Source of the DNA: Strigamia acuminata
Lineage: Eukaryota
NCBI GenBank assembly: GCA_949358305.1
Contig: OX442314.1
Span: 124,001 to 188,000 of the forward strand
DNA: 64,000 nt
Direction: 5' to 3'
How positions within the stretch are numbered: the stretch's first letter is position 1; each line of letters opens with the position of its first letter. Below the pieces are notes generated by a model. It made no database searches and was not told the DNA's origin. It saw only the letters and a list, made by a program, of their open reading frames with translations. The position numbers and the translations under genes were made by a program. Below are positions 62,714 through 64,000 of this stretch, piece after piece.

Positions 62714-64000
62714 AGTTGATCAACGACTTTGGACCCTGAAGGAGTGGGCAACCTATGCTCAAATTTTTTATTTTTTTTTCAAAAAAACTTAGAAAATTTT
62801 GAAAAAAAATTTAGAAAAATTTACAACAAAGCGATCTTAGGCCAAGAAAGGACAAGAAAGGACAAGAAAGGACAAAAAAGGACACAGATGGATTTCAGGA
62901 GCATAAAAAAAAATGATGCTTATCCTTCAATTTTTTTTTCACAAATGAAGAGATATTTAATTGCGTGATGTTATAAGGTACCAAACCGGTTCAAACTGGT
63001 TTCTAATTGAATTTTCTTAAAGGTCACATCACGGGTATACAGGGTGTCTCGCCGAACACCTACCAGGTGAATTATTTCATAATCATGTTAAATCAAAAAA
63101 ACTTTTGATTATGAATTGAAGTAAATGACATGTGACGAATTCAATGAAACATGTTAAATTCATGTGACATTGTTGCATCACTGTTTTGCAACTTGTAACT
63201 TTTAAACCAACAATGGTACGCAAAAAATGTCAATTGCAAAGTTGTAGAGAACCATCTAATTAGTCTAGAACTGTTCTTAAAAAAATTATCTCTTACTGAA
63301 AAGTTTTGAGAAAAAAAGGTTTGAAATGTTAGTTTACTCAGCTTTATAACCTAAAACTATCATGTGGAATGTATTCCCAAAATAAATTATTTTCTTTCTT
63401 TTGTGTTTCCTCTCTATTACTTACAAGTATGACCCAATAAAGTGTCCTAATTGAGGATTAGCTTGGTTGCCCCAATAGTTTTAGGTTACAAAGCTGAGTT
63501 ACAAAGCTGAGTAGACCAATGTTTCAAACCTTTTTTTCTCAAAACTTTTCAGTAAAAGATTATTTTTTTAAGAACAGTTCTAGACTAATTAGATGGTTCT
63601 CTACAACTTTGCAATTGACATTTTTTGCGTAGCATTGTTGGTTTAAAAGTTACGAGTTGCAAAACAGTGATGCAACAATGTCACATGAATTTAACATGTT
63701 TCATTGAATTCGTCACATGTCATTTACTTCAATTCATAATCAAACGTTTTTTTGAATTAACATGATTATGAAATAATTCACCTGGTAGGTGTTCGGCGAG
63801 ACACCCTGTATAAGGAGTGACAAATCAGAATTTTTTCAGTTGATCAACGACTTTGGACCCTGAAGGAGTGGGTAACCTATGCTCAAATTTTCAGAATTTT
63901 CAAAAAAAAAAACTTAAAAAAATTTTGAAAAAAAAAAAATTTTGAAAAAAAAACTTTGAAAAATTTACAACAAAGCGATCTTAGGACAAGATAGGACAAG
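62714..64000. repeat. Flanking repeat, ~353-bp unit once the MITE is removed (possible satellite)
   Basis: AGTTGATCAACGACTTTGGACCCTGAAGGAGTGGG at 62714 and 63838, each followed by ...TTTACAACAAAGCGATCTTAGG. Confidence 0.65.
63040..63808. mobile_element. 769-bp palindromic Tc1/mariner-type MITE
   Basis: CAGGGTGTCTCGCCGAACACC...GGTGTTCGGCGAGACACCCTG, TA on both sides, ~320-bp inverted arms. Confidence 0.9.

Overview
Eukaryotic, transposon-only window; host unidentified, but a CTCF-type motif and metazoan-type tRNA primer sites suggest an animal. About 62.7 kb is a head-to-tail tandem array of one Ty3/Gypsy LTR retrotransposon (element A). Element A has 1041-bp TGTCACG...CGTGACA LTRs, a tRNA-Arg-like PBS, gag, a -1 frameshift into PR-RT-RH-IN, and two unexplained accessory ORFs. 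The two units share a single LTR at 29242-30282. Both units carry the same lesions: a 617-bp MITE in RT, a 5.36-kb hAT transposon with an open transposase ORF in integrase, and a 5169-bp internal duplication. After the units were copied, each was hit independently, at a different site in integrase, by a second 9.2-kb LTR element (element B). Element B has 1.9-kb LTRs with TA...CA ends, a tRNA-Gln PBS, 4-bp TSDs, no recognisable gag or pol, and one orphan ORF with a three-times repeated motif. The accessory ORFs of A and B both sit behind a TATTAAAG box with a TCATTY initiator 31 bp downstream. The last 1.3 kb is flank: a ~350-bp repeat interrupted by a palindromic TA-flanked MITE. All comparisons were done by eye; no database searches were run.
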